DNA from: an uncultured bacterium
Lineage (GTDB): Bacteria; Oederibacteriota; JAAXVQ01; JAUVAV01
DNA length: 64,000 nt
Direction of reading: 5' to 3'
NCBI GenBank assembly: GCA_963710755.1
Contig: CAVQBK010000004.1
Location: 177,779 to 241,778, forward strand
The position numbers and the translations under genes were made by a program. Below are positions 29,422 through 39,259 of the stretch, piece by piece (the first letter of the stretch is position 1; every line of letters starts with the position of its first letter). The notes beneath the pieces are model-generated. The model was not told the origin of the DNA and searched no databases. It worked only from the letters and a program-made list of their open reading frames with translations.

Positions 29422-29802
29422 ATGCATCGTGTTTTAATTATTGATGATCATGATTTTGTTCTGGAAAGTCTCAAATATGGTTTGGAAGATGATTTTATCG
29501 TAAAAACTTCCAATGACAGTAAATTGGGCATTGAGAAGGCCAAAACCTTCAAACCCGATGTGGTGATGGTGGATTTTAAGATGGAAGGCCTTAATGGCCT
29601 GGAGGTTACCGAGCAATTAATGAGCGATCCCCGGCCGCCGGCTGTAATCATGTTCAGCGCCTGCATGGATGACCGTCTGGAAAAGCAGGCCCTGGCCAAG
29701 GGCGCCATTGACTGCATGAGCAAACCCTTTGACCTGTTTGCTTTAAGAGCTAAACTGCAACAGCTGGTGCAGGAAAATGGCTTTGATGAAACGTTGAATT
29801 AA
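29422..29802 (+). CDS. Single-domain response regulator (CheY-like receiver)
   Basis: VLIIDD, VVMVDFKM (phospho-Asp), IMFSA, SKPF. Confidence 0.92.
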   Translation: MHRVLIIDDHDFVLESLKYGLEDDFIVKTSNDSKLGIEKAKTFKPDVVMVDFKMEGLNGLEVTEQLMSDPRPPAVIMFSACMDDRLEKQALAKGAIDCMSKPFDLFALRAKLQQLVQENGFDETLN

Positions 29803-29839
29803 GTCTTCTTGTCGAATCCAAGACCAGTATGGTTGTTCA

Positions 29840-31159
29840 TTAAGCAGTTTGATTTCCTGCCAACTGATTGACCCTCGCCACCTCGGCGCGCAGGCGCTGC
29901 AGGCTCTCCCAATGAAACTCAGTAAACCGGCTGGCATAAACCGTGTTATTCGTCAACAGGGGATCCACGGCAGGATCAAGAACTCTGCGTTCCACCAAGG
30001 TCTGCCAGGTACTGGTGCCCGGCAAAGGTGAAAGCTCGGTGAGATGAATGCGGACATCCAGGCCCGTCAGAAACTGAACCCCTGCCCAAACTTCCTCCCA
30101 GGGCTGATCAGGCAAGCCCAACATCAGATAAACGCCCAGCTGAGACTTCTTAAAGCCCGCACTTTGCAAATTTTCTATGGCGTGTGCCAAACGGTCATTG
30201 CTGATTTTATTGCCGGTCTCAACTTGTCTGGCGGCATTGATCGTCTCCAGACTAAGCCGGATGGTTTGGAAATTGGCCCGTTTCATTAAACGTGCGGTTG
30301 GCAGAGTCATGTACCGGGCATGGAGTCCATTGGGGGTATGAAAACGCACTTGGCGGTTTTCCTTCAGCGCTGCCAGCAGGGGATGGATATGATCTTCTGC
30401 GCGATACAACAGGGCATCGTCATAAAAAGCGAAATCGCTTACCCCGCGTGTTGCCAGGGTTTTGATCTCAGAGACCACCCGTTCCGCCGGCACTTGGGAG
30501 AAGGAAGGATGCAAAAGGGAACAGGCGCAATAGGGACATCGATAGGGGCAGCCGTTGGAGGTTAACAAGGGCGCGTAGGGCAGGTGGTTATAGAAACCAA
30601 GGTCAAACCAGGGCCGGCGCGGGCCGGCATTAGCGAGATGGACGCCAAAAGAGTGCAAAACCCGTTTTAACTCATCGTTGGCCTCGCCCGTATAGACAGC
30701 ATCAGCTTGGGTGGTCCGGCGGGCGTGGTCAGGAAAAAGCTGCGCATAAATGCCGCCCAGAATGACAGGGATATCAGGATAAATTTGTTTGCACAGCGCA
30801 ATGGCTTTGGCCACACCGGGATACCAGTAGGTCATGATGGAGGTCACCAAAATGGCATCAGGCCGAAAGGTATGAAGCTGCTGCAAGAACGCTTCCTCGG
30901 TGATGCCGTACTGGTAATAGGTGCGGGGGAAACCGTTTAATTGGTCGGGTGTGGGAAGTTCTTTCTTGGGATAGCGGTAAAGGTACTTGCGGTCAGGGGC
31001 GTAGTCATCAAGACAATCAATCATGGTCAGGCGGCAGTCAAATTGGGACAAGTACTCCGCTACTTTCAACAGCCCCAGGGGCTTGGCCCACATGTTGAGG
31101 GCTGCAAAATCATGGATCCAGGGATTGAGCAGCAGCAGGCGCGGCGGGTTCAATACCAT
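29840..31159 (-). CDS. Cobalamin-binding radical SAM protein
   Basis: N-terminal PLGLL...ILGGIYA B12-binding-like region; GCPYRCPYC; FYDDAL; FHTPNGLH. Confidence 0.88.
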   Translation of the reverse strand: MVLNPPRLLLLNPWIHDFAALNMWAKPLGLLKVAEYLSQFDCRLTMIDCLDDYAPDRKYLYRYPKKELPTPDQLNGFPRTYYQYGITEEAFLQQLHTFRPDAILVTSIMTYWYPGVAKAIALCKQIYPDIPVILGGIYAQLFPDHARRTTQADAVYTGEANDELKRVLHSFGVHLANAGPRRPWFDLGFYNHLPYAPLLTSNGCPYRCPYCACSLLHPSFSQVPAERVVSEIKTLATRGVSDFAFYDDALLYRAEDHIHPLLAALKENRQVRFHTPNGLHARYMTLPTARLMKRANFQTIRLSLETINAARQVETGNKISNDRLAHAIENLQSAGFKKSQLGVYLMLGLPDQPWEEVWAGVQFLTGLDVRIHLTELSPLPGTSTWQTLVERRVLDPAVDPLLTNNTVYASRFTEFHWESLQRLRAEVARVNQLAGNQTA

Positions 31160-32220
31160 TTGAAATAGCGTTGGCCCAGGAAAAGGGTTACCACGCCAAA
31201 GGCCACCAGCCCCAAGGCCGGGCCGGTCACCTGTAACAGACCTGCGCCTTCGATAAAAACTTTGCGGATGCTGTCGGCCAGCAAGGTGAGAGGTAGTTTT
31301 TCAATCAGCACCACGGCCCAATGGGGAAAACTGCGATAACTGAAGAAGATGCCGGAGAGCACCATCATGGGAATGGTGATGGCATTGATGAGCCCGTTGC
31401 CGACTTGGGAATTTTTGGCCCGGCTGGCCATCAGGATGGCAATGCCGGCAAAGGCAAAATTGCCGCACAGGAAAAGCACCCCCAAGGCCAGCCAACTGCC
31501 CTGCAGCTGAACCTTAAACACCAGATGGGCAAAGCCCACCAGTACGGCGGTTTCAAAAAAACTGATCACAATTCTAGTGACAAAGTAGGACAATAGAAAC
31601 ACATAGCGGTTTAGGGGCGTGGCCACGATGCGGCGCAGCATTTTTTTGATTCTGCGGTCGATCAAACTCCAGCCAATGGCCCATAAACAGGATTGCATGA
31701 TACCCATGGCAATCAGTCCGGGAATGAGAAAATCTATATAACGTAGCCCGGGCGCGACCAGAGGCGCGATAAGATCATGGTTGGCGCGGGGATTTAATTT
31801 CTTGTCGATCAGTAAATACAACAATTTGGCCGAAGTGTTTTGGGGGTCAAAATGATAGCGCGGCCGGCCGGTCGCCTGGTCCCAGGTAAGGTAAAGTTGA
31901 AGGGTACCTCTTTTTAAAGCGATCAGAGCCTGCTGTTCGTGGGTAAACTTTTTAATCTCAATTTTGGGCATGTCCAAGGCGTGCAGATCCGTATTTTCAC
32001 TGGGCGCCGTCAGGCGGGCCAACAGGTGGTCCAGGCCCGGCGCTGGGGTTGATTGCTCCAACACGCCGATCGTTTGCGGCACAGTACCTTTGTTGAGAAA
32101 GGCCACACCCAATACACCGGCCAGAAGCATGGGAAACAGGATGGTCCAAAATAAAATTTCCGGCTCCCGGAAGAATTCCCGGAAGTGGAGCAGGATCAAT
32201 TGCCAAAAGGCTTTAGTCAT
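31150..32220 (-). CDS. ABC-2 type exporter permease
   Basis: FWTILFP, YIDFLIPGLIAMGIM, LSGIFF, LPLTLL. Confidence 0.92.
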   Translation of the reverse strand: MTKAFWQLILLHFREFFREPEILFWTILFPMLLAGVLGVAFLNKGTVPQTIGVLEQSTPAPGLDHLLARLTAPSENTDLHALDMPKIEIKKFTHEQQALIALKRGTLQLYLTWDQATGRPRYHFDPQNTSAKLLYLLIDKKLNPRANHDLIAPLVAPGLRYIDFLIPGLIAMGIMQSCLWAIGWSLIDRRIKKMLRRIVATPLNRYVFLLSYFVTRIVISFFETAVLVGFAHLVFKVQLQGSWLALGVLFLCGNFAFAGIAILMASRAKNSQVGNGLINAITIPMMVLSGIFFSYRSFPHWAVVLIEKLPLTLLADSIRKVFIEGAGLLQVTGPALGLVAFGVVTLFLGQRYFKWY

Positions 32221-33160
32221 CGAGCCGCCTCCCGGTCAGGGTAATGAATAAATCATCCAGGGTCTGCTTGCGCAGCTTAAGGTTAGTGATGGTAAATTGG
32301 ACCTGATCCGCCAAATGATAGAGTTCTGGTAAAAAGGCGATGGCCTTGGCCACCACCACCGAACCCTGGGCAGCGGCTTCATCCCAATGGTACTTAAGTA
32401 CTTGGGGCAGGGCCTTGATGGAAGGTTCTTCACGGCCGTGACTCAGTTGAAATTCCACCACTTCTTCCTGACGATGTTTGGCCAGCAATTCATCGAGAGA
32501 GCCCTGGGTCAGAATGCGGCCTTTATGCAGAATGCAAATGCGATCGCAGAGCATCTCCGCTTCTTCCATGTAATGAGTGGTCAAAATCAAGGTGGTACAT
32601 CGTTGTTTGAGTGCTCTTAGAATTTCCCATATTTCCCGGCGGGCCTGAGGATCGAGACCGATGGTAGGCTCGTCGAGGATGAGGATTTCCGGCTGATTAA
32701 TAATGGCCAGACCCAAGGCCAGCCGCTGTTTCTGGCCACCCGACAAGGTTTCCGTCAGATTATCCTGTTTTTCCCCCAGATTAACCAAGTGGATAATGTC
32801 CCTGGCAATGGCCTTGGTCTTGCCGTAAAAACTGGCGAAGAGTTCCACCGTTTCCTTGGTGGTTAACTTGTCGATCAAGCGGGTTTCCTGCAAAGCCAGT
32901 CCGATTTTGGAACGTAAAAACGCTTCATGTTTTTTCCAGGTTTTATCGAGAACCGTGATGTGGCCGTCGTCAGGCTGCTGGAGGCCTTCGATCATTTCCA
33001 CCAAGGTGGTCTTGCCGGCGCCATTGGGGCCAAGCAGGGCAATGAATTCCCCGCGGGCTATGGCCAGGGACAGATCATTGACCGCATGCACCTTTTTAAA
33101 CCGTTTATGTACATGCTCTACTTTGATCACAATATCCTTTTCAGAGCAGGCCACGGTCAT
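32213..33160 (-). CDS. ABC-2 type exporter ATP-binding protein
   Basis: GPNGAGKTT, LSGGQKQR, ILDEPT, TTHYMEEAE. Confidence 0.95.
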   Translation of the reverse strand: MTVACSEKDIVIKVEHVHKRFKKVHAVNDLSLAIARGEFIALLGPNGAGKTTLVEMIEGLQQPDDGHITVLDKTWKKHEAFLRSKIGLALQETRLIDKLTTKETVELFASFYGKTKAIARDIIHLVNLGEKQDNLTETLSGGQKQRLALGLAIINQPEILILDEPTIGLDPQARREIWEILRALKQRCTTLILTTHYMEEAEMLCDRICILHKGRILTQGSLDELLAKHRQEEVVEFQLSHGREEPSIKALPQVLKYHWDEAAAQGSVVVAKAIAFLPELYHLADQVQFTITNLKLRKQTLDDLFITLTGRRLDD

Positions 33161-33294
33161 GGTGAAAATCCTTTGCTTTTCCTCATCTTAGCCAGACAGT
33201 ATCGTCGGACTTGAGGCAACTATAATTCTAAAAATAAAAAAATCCAATCATTATTTTACTTTGTTCTTCAATATCTGCGCTGCCTTCTATATAA

Positions 33295-34701
33295 TTGAAC
33301 CCCATTACCTGTCATCATTACGGATTAGGAGTACTTTTGAAGCCAACCAGATTTAAACATAAACCCGCCAAACGGGTTAAACGCAAAAGCCAAAGGCCGT
33401 TTTTTAATTTGCAGCTGCGGCAGAAACAGGATTATCAAGCGGATCAGGACCTTCCGGCCTGGCGTTCTTTGCTCCGGTTGGGCATGCTGGGCCTGATCGT
33501 GGCAGGGTTTATTTACTTGTCCCTGGTGAGTATCAATATTCTGATTTTGGGTACAGATGATGTGGATTATTCCAAACACACCGATACCATTATGGTGGTA
33601 CACTGGAAACCTTTGCCCCGGCGGCTGGCGTTATTGTCTATTCCCCGTGATACCTTGATTCGCCTTCCCAAGCGCGGACCCATGAAAATCAACGCGGTTT
33701 ATGCCTACGGCACGGCTGTGGGCAGTCCTGACTATGCGCTGGCCATGACCAGGGCTAGTGTGGAAAACCTGCTCAATCTTAAAATTCATTATACGGTGCA
33801 TATTAAATACACCAGTTTTGTCAAGCTGGTGGATGCTATGGGAGGTGTGCCCCTGTATGTGCCCAAGCGCATGGTGTATACTGACCAAGCCGGAGGCGTG
33901 GACATTAATCTGGAACCGGGCTATCAACTGTTGGACGGCCGTCAGGCTTTGAATTACGCCCGTTTTCGCCACGATCAAGAGGGGGACATTGGCCGCATCC
34001 GGCGGCAGCAGAATTTTGTTAAGGCGTTTCTTACCCAGATGGCCCGTTTTTCCCGGCTGCCCCAAACTGTAGGTGCTTTTGTCACTTTCTTAAAAGAAGT
34101 GGAGACCAACATGAGTCCGGGCGCAGCCATCTTTTTGGCCTGGGAGATTAAAAGCGTGGCCGGCAGTTCCTGGCGTCAGGCCATCGTGCCCGGTAAGGGG
34201 ATTTACATCAAAGGCATTTCCTACTGGCAGACGGATCCGGAAGAAATTCAAAAAGTGGTGGCTGCCCTGGGCAAACCGCCACAACGACATACCCTTAAGG
34301 TTGCTGCGCCGCCAACGACTGCGGCCATGGCCGGGACCGCAGCCGAACCCAGGCCCAAACCCACGCAAGCACCGGTACGTATCAGCCTGCCCATTCCCGA
34401 AGGCCCACAGCCCGTGATCAGGGTGTTGAACGGCTGTGGGGTCGGTGGGGTGGCCAACCGGATTGCCAAACGGCTGCAGGATGAAAAAATCATTGTCAGG
34501 GATGCGGATATCACCAATGCCCCCACCTTTGATTATCCTCTGACCATTGTGAAGTCCAATCCGCAAAACATGAATTGGGCCAGAAAAGTGGCGATGGACC
34601 TCGGTTTGACGGAGGATAGAATTCAGCCAATCCCCAAATCCATTACCTACCCTACGGTCACTGTGGTAATCGGCGATGATTATAAGGAATTGCTGCCCTA
34701 A
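33295..34701 (+). CDS. LCP (LytR-CpsA-Psr) family protein with LytR C-terminal domain; start uncertain
   Basis: NILILGTD, TDTIM, LSIPRDT, KINAVY, YARFRH, DIGRIRRQQ; C-terminal VLNGCGVGGVA...VVIGDDY. Confidence 0.92.
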   Translation: MNPITCHHYGLGVLLKPTRFKHKPAKRVKRKSQRPFFNLQLRQKQDYQADQDLPAWRSLLRLGMLGLIVAGFIYLSLVSINILILGTDDVDYSKHTDTIMVVHWKPLPRRLALLSIPRDTLIRLPKRGPMKINAVYAYGTAVGSPDYALAMTRASVENLLNLKIHYTVHIKYTSFVKLVDAMGGVPLYVPKRMVYTDQAGGVDINLEPGYQLLDGRQALNYARFRHDQEGDIGRIRRQQNFVKAFLTQMARFSRLPQTVGAFVTFLKEVETNMSPGAAIFLAWEIKSVAGSSWRQAIVPGKGIYIKGISYWQTDPEEIQKVVAALGKPPQRHTLKVAAPPTTAAMAGTAAEPRPKPTQAPVRISLPIPEGPQPVIRVLNGCGVGGVANRIAKRLQDEKIIVRDADITNAPTFDYPLTIVKSNPQNMNWARKVAMDLGLTEDRIQPIPKSITYPTVTVVIGDDYKELLP

Positions 34702-34957
34702 ATCGGTTGTGAATTATTTATTAAGGGGTTACATTTTGATCCCACGCCAATTTTGGAATTTTGTGTGAGAAGGGGCTCGGAATTTTGAGCTCCCTGCGCT
34801 TTAACTTTTCGTTCTTTGCAGCTGCTTATCCCGGTACGGGTATGCATGCGAAAAGGTATTTATTTCCCGCTTTGCCGATTAACAGACACGGAATCTGATA
34901 GTCCTACAGTTTATCAAGGCAGGGCGCAAAAAATCATAACCCTTTGAAGGAGCCTTT

Positions 34958-36634
34958 ATGTATATCAGAGCATTGGTTAATAGCTGGGTGAAGCAGGCCT
35001 GGCAGCACTGTCAGGAACAAGGCCAACTGCCTAAGGACGAGATCATGGACCTGGAACTGGAAAGGCCCAATCAACCGGAACATGGTGATTTTGCCACCAA
35101 CCTAGCGCTGAAATTGGCCAAGCCGGCCAGGATGGCGCCGCGAAAAATTGCCGACCTGTTGGTGGCTCAACTGGCACCAAGGCAAGAGCTATTTCAAAAG
35201 GTTGAGATTGCCGGGCCGGGGTTTATCAATCTGTTTTTGCAACCAGGCTGGTGGCTGCAGGAGGCAGATGCCATCCGGGTTCAGGCAGGAGCCTACGGTT
35301 GCGCAACCTGGGGTAAGGGCAGAAAACTGTTGCTTGAGTTTGTTTCCGCCAATCCTGTGGGACCGCTCAACGTGGTTTCCGCCAGGGCCGCGGCCGTGGG
35401 CGATGCTTTGGCTAATATTTTACAAAGCCAAGGCCTGGAGGTGGCGCGCGAGTATTACATCAATGATGCCGGCAAGCAGGCTTTTCTGTTGGGCAAATCC
35501 TGTTATGTGCGCTGGCGCCAATCGCTGGGTGAAGAGCTGGCCATGCCGGAAGAAGGTTATCAGGGTGGTTACGTTAAGGATCTGGCGCAAGCCATTGCCA
35601 CGGAGGCTGGACCCGAGCTGGCGTCAAAAAGCGAAGAGGAGGCCATCAACCTGTTTTGGGTCCAGGGCGTGGCCAAAATGGTGGCTTCCCACCAGGAGGA
35701 TTTGAAAGCCTTTGGCGTGGTGTTTGACCATTGGTTTTCCGAACGAACCCTGCATGACAGCCGGCGCGTGGAGCAGGCAGTGACCATGCTCAGGGAACAT
35801 GACGTGGTTTATGAAAAAGACGGGGCCTTATGGTTTGCGTCCACCCGTTTTGGCGATGACAAAGACCGGGTGCTTAAAAAAGCCGACGGCTATTGGGCCT
35901 ACATTGCTGCGGACATTGCCTATCATCAGGATAAATACGGGCGCGGCTATCAGGAATTGCTCGATTTATGGGGGCCTGATCATCATGGCTATATTCCGCG
36001 CATGAAGGCCGCTATGCAGGCGCTGGGGCATGACCCGCAGACTTTCCAAGTGCATATCGTGCAGCAGGTCAATCTGATCGAAGGCGGCCAGCAGGTGGCC
36101 ATGTCCAAACGGGCCGGCAAGTTTATCACCATGCGTGAGTTGGTGGAGGACGTGGGCAAAGATGTAACCCGTTTCTTTTTCCTCATGCGCAGCACGGACA
36201 GCCATCTGGATTTTGATCTGGATCTGGCCCGGAGCCATTCCGACGAAAATCCGGTCTATTATATTCAATACGCCCATGCCCGTATCTGCAGCTTGTTGCG
36301 CAAAGCCCAAGCGGAAGGCTTTACCCTGCCTGCGGAAAATGATAAAATCATGGCCACCCACAACCCCTTGCCGGAAGAACTGGTTTTGATCAAGGCCTTG
36401 ACCATTTACCCCGAGATTCTGGAAGTCTGTGCCAAAACTCTTGAGCCCCATGGCTTGGCCTTTGCCCTGCGCGATTTGGCTACGGCTTTTCATCGATTCT
36501 ATACGGTCTGCCGCGTGCTCGATGACAGCCAAAGGGAACTGAGCAGCATTCGTCTGGCTTTGTGCGACGCGGTCAAAGTGGTATTGGCCAACGGTCTGAC
36601 CTTATTGGGATTGGATTCGCCCGAGAAAATGTAA
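34958..36634 (+). CDS. argS: Arginine-tRNA ligase
   Basis: HGDFATN, AGPGFIN, EFVSANPVGPL, YYINDAG, GPDHHGY, MSKRAG, YIQYAHARI. Confidence 0.98.
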   Translation: MYIRALVNSWVKQAWQHCQEQGQLPKDEIMDLELERPNQPEHGDFATNLALKLAKPARMAPRKIADLLVAQLAPRQELFQKVEIAGPGFINLFLQPGWWLQEADAIRVQAGAYGCATWGKGRKLLLEFVSANPVGPLNVVSARAAAVGDALANILQSQGLEVAREYYINDAGKQAFLLGKSCYVRWRQSLGEELAMPEEGYQGGYVKDLAQAIATEAGPELASKSEEEAINLFWVQGVAKMVASHQEDLKAFGVVFDHWFSERTLHDSRRVEQAVTMLREHDVVYEKDGALWFASTRFGDDKDRVLKKADGYWAYIAADIAYHQDKYGRGYQELLDLWGPDHHGYIPRMKAAMQALGHDPQTFQVHIVQQVNLIEGGQQVAMSKRAGKFITMRELVEDVGKDVTRFFFLMRSTDSHLDFDLDLARSHSDENPVYYIQYAHARICSLLRKAQAEGFTLPAENDKIMATHNPLPEELVLIKALTIYPEILEVCAKTLEPHGLAFALRDLATAFHRFYTVCRVLDDSQRELSSIRLALCDAVKVVLANGLTLLGLDSPEKM

Positions 36635-36684
36635 ATCGGCCTCGCAAGGCCCAGGGGCAGCTTGCTCCAAGAAAGGACAACACC

Positions 36685-38178
36685 TTGAATGGTCGCGTGC
36701 GTTCCATCAGCATAGACACCTTGATCCAGGGACAGGGCAGTCCGGGCCAGGAGACTGTGGCCCGGGAATTTTATCGCCTTGATTCCAGGCAACGGCGCGT
36801 GCTGGTGATTGGTTCTCCCGGGCAGCACGCAGCCTCGTCCGTGGGCTGGCTCGATGAATGGCCGTCATTAGCTGATTATGACGTAGTGATCATCAATCTT
36901 AAATCCCTGGATCATGCCGCTTTGGTTAAACTGTCACGGCAGGACAAGGACCGCTTAAAGCGCATGCGCCTGCAACTTTATGACCTGCTCATGTCGCGTG
37001 GTGAGATTTACTGCCTTATGGCGCCCTTCCTGGCTTTTGGGTCCACCATCTATTATCCTGACGGCAACAGTGAGCCGGAATGGTCCAATTTGAGTTGGTC
37101 GCCCATTGGAGTCAGCATTATTGAAATCCGTGGGGAAACAGTGCATCTGGAAGGGGAGAAAAAATTTGAAAGCTACCTGAGGCAGGTGGCCGGCTGGGAC
37201 GGCTACATTAATGCCACGGCCAGTCTCTATTTTATAGAAGAACGCCTCAAAGAAGAAGGCCAGTTGGGGGAAGGCGAGGAAGTCTTTTGGCAGCAAATGC
37301 CCCTGGCCATGAACCGCTTTGGCAAGCCTTTGGCGGCGTCCGTTTGTTTTGGTGTGCGGGTTTATGAGGAAAACCGGCAGGATTATAAAATCAAATTCAT
37401 CTCCGACTATTTGCACCTGCTGCCGCCGCCCACGAAAATTAGTCTGGAAAAGGGTATTGATCTGCTGATCGAAGAAGCCAAAGGCCTGCCGGCCAGAACC
37501 ATCACCCCTGATTGGGCCGATCTCTATGCCCTGCCTGGCGAGGACCACTTGCAGCAAAAAATTAATGAAGCGCAAAAAATGATGCGTGCTGCCGAACGGG
37601 AACAGAAGCGGCATTTCCAGGCTTACCGGGAGTTGCTGCGCACCCGGGCCCTGTTGTATGAACACGGCCAGAATTTAAAACATGTGGTCAAAGATGTGCT
37701 CCAGCGCATGGGCTTTGCCTGCAAGGTGTATCCTGCCTTGGGGGATCTGCTGGTCTTGGGCACCCGGCAAGGCCGGATGCTCCTGGACGTGGTGGGGCGC
37801 AGCGGACCTGCCCATGCCGGCGATCTGCAACTGTTGTTGCGGCATGCTGTTTATGCCCAGGAAGAAGACGGCAAAATTTGGAAAGGGTTGTTGGTATTCA
37901 ATCACTTTCGGCTCAATGATCCGGCTTCGGACCGACCGGCGCCTTTTGGAGCCGAGGTGACGGCTATGGCACGTGAGATGCGCCTGGGGCTCATCAGCGC
38001 CGAAGGGTTGTACGGTGCCTTTTGCCTGGTCATGCAGGGCTCCATGCTGAAAGAAGAATTGGAAAACCGCTTGCACCAACAGACCGGATGGATCCAGTTG
38101 CCGGCTGTGGATATCAAACGCAGTCAGCAGGATCTGGGGTTTCTGCCGGAGACGCTGGGTTCAGGGGGAAAAGCTTAA
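36685..38178 (+). CDS. Hypothetical protein with a coiled coil and a C-terminal degenerate restriction-endonuclease-like domain
   Basis: TTG start behind AAGGA; coiled coil EDHLQQKINEAQKMMRAAEREQKR; VLQRMGF..GDLLV..LLDVVG..DLQLL..KGLLVFN pattern. Confidence 0.6.
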   Translation: MNGRVRSISIDTLIQGQGSPGQETVAREFYRLDSRQRRVLVIGSPGQHAASSVGWLDEWPSLADYDVVIINLKSLDHAALVKLSRQDKDRLKRMRLQLYDLLMSRGEIYCLMAPFLAFGSTIYYPDGNSEPEWSNLSWSPIGVSIIEIRGETVHLEGEKKFESYLRQVAGWDGYINATASLYFIEERLKEEGQLGEGEEVFWQQMPLAMNRFGKPLAASVCFGVRVYEENRQDYKIKFISDYLHLLPPPTKISLEKGIDLLIEEAKGLPARTITPDWADLYALPGEDHLQQKINEAQKMMRAAEREQKRHFQAYRELLRTRALLYEHGQNLKHVVKDVLQRMGFACKVYPALGDLLVLGTRQGRMLLDVVGRSGPAHAGDLQLLLRHAVYAQEEDGKIWKGLLVFNHFRLNDPASDRPAPFGAEVTAMAREMRLGLISAEGLYGAFCLVMQGSMLKEELENRLHQQTGWIQLPAVDIKRSQQDLGFLPETLGSGGKA

Positions 38179-38270
38179 CCCTCTGGTTGGACTTTTAATG
38201 TGATACTTTGGCCTGAGACATGGTCATCTCATGCTGCTGGTTTGAAACCAGGAAGGATGGTTAAAAACCC

Positions 38271-38474
38271 ATGACAACGATTGTGCTCAATGGGGAAGAA
38301 AAAACAGTGGACCAGGGGTTGACTCTGGACGGCTTGCTAAAAAACCTGGCGCTTGATCCCGGCTTGGTGGTGGTGGAAGTGAATCGTCAAATTATTCCCA
38401 AAGCCCGGTTTGCCCAGACACCTTGTCAGGATCAGGATCAGATCGAGATCGCCCACTTTATGGGAGGCGGCTAA
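38271..38474 (+). CDS. thiS: Sulfur carrier protein ThiS
   Basis: IVLNGE, VVEVN, C-terminal FMGGG. Confidence 0.96.
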   Translation: MTTIVLNGEEKTVDQGLTLDGLLKNLALDPGLVVVEVNRQIIPKARFAQTPCQDQDQIEIAHFMGGG

Positions 38475-39245
38475 ATGGATGTCTTGGTGGTGGCAGGGGA
38501 AACCTTGCACAGCCGGCTCTTTGTAGGCACCGGCAAATTTGCTTCGCCCGAACAGATGCTGCTGGCTTTGGAAGCCGCTCAAGCGGATGTGGTCACCGTG
38601 GCGTTGAGACGGGTGGATCTAAACAGCCCCCACGATCCCCTGCTGGGTAAAATCGACCGCAAGCGTTTCCGGCTGCTGCCCAACACCTCTGGCGCCAGAA
38701 ATGCCGAGGAAGCGCTGCGTATTGCCCGCTTGGGGCGGGCGCTGAGCCATACCCATTGGGTGAAACTGGAAGTGACCCCTGATCCCCGGCATTTGCTGCC
38801 TGACCCTATTGAAACATTAAAAGCTGCTGAACAGCTGGTGCAAGAAGGGTTCGTGGTGCTGCCCTATATGCCTGCGGACCCGGTGCTGGCCAAAAGGCTC
38901 GAAGAAGTGGGCACAGCTACAGTCATGCCCCTGGCTGCGCCGATCGGCACCAATCAGGGACTCTTGACCAGAGACAGCCTCCGTCTGATTGTGCAGCAAG
39001 CCACGGTGCCGGTGGTGGTTGATGCAGGCCTGGGCGCACCCAGTCATGCAGCAGAAGCCATGGAACTGGGCGCAGACGCCGTGCTGGTTAATACAGCTCT
39101 GGCTGTGGCTGCTGATCCTGTACAAATGGCTGAGGCTTTTCGTTTGGCAGTGGAAGCCGGCCGCAAAGCCTTTTTGGCCGGCTTGCCGGAAAAACAAACC
39201 CATGCCGTTGCCTCCAGCCCCTTAACCGGATTTTTAAATTCATAA
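38475..39245 (+). CDS. thiG: Thiazole synthase
   Basis: [46 protein letters not shown]. Confidence 0.98.
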   Translation: MDVLVVAGETLHSRLFVGTGKFASPEQMLLALEAAQADVVTVALRRVDLNSPHDPLLGKIDRKRFRLLPNTSGARNAEEALRIARLGRALSHTHWVKLEVTPDPRHLLPDPIETLKAAEQLVQEGFVVLPYMPADPVLAKRLEEVGTATVMPLAAPIGTNQGLLTRDSLRLIVQQATVPVVVDAGLGAPSHAAEAMELGADAVLVNTALAVAADPVQMAEAFRLAVEAGRKAFLAGLPEKQTHAVASSPLTGFLNS

Positions 39246-39259
39246 TCAGGGATAGTCCT

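Noticed and set aside
34702-34957. T-box leader upstream of argS
   Set aside because: No GGTGGNACCGCG T-box motif or terminator/antiterminator pair; only a small hairpin near 34771-34795
38180-38270. TPP riboswitch upstream of thiS
   Set aside because: Contains CTGAGA but lacks the downstream ACCTG...AATNCNNGCGNAGG core, and the spacer is short
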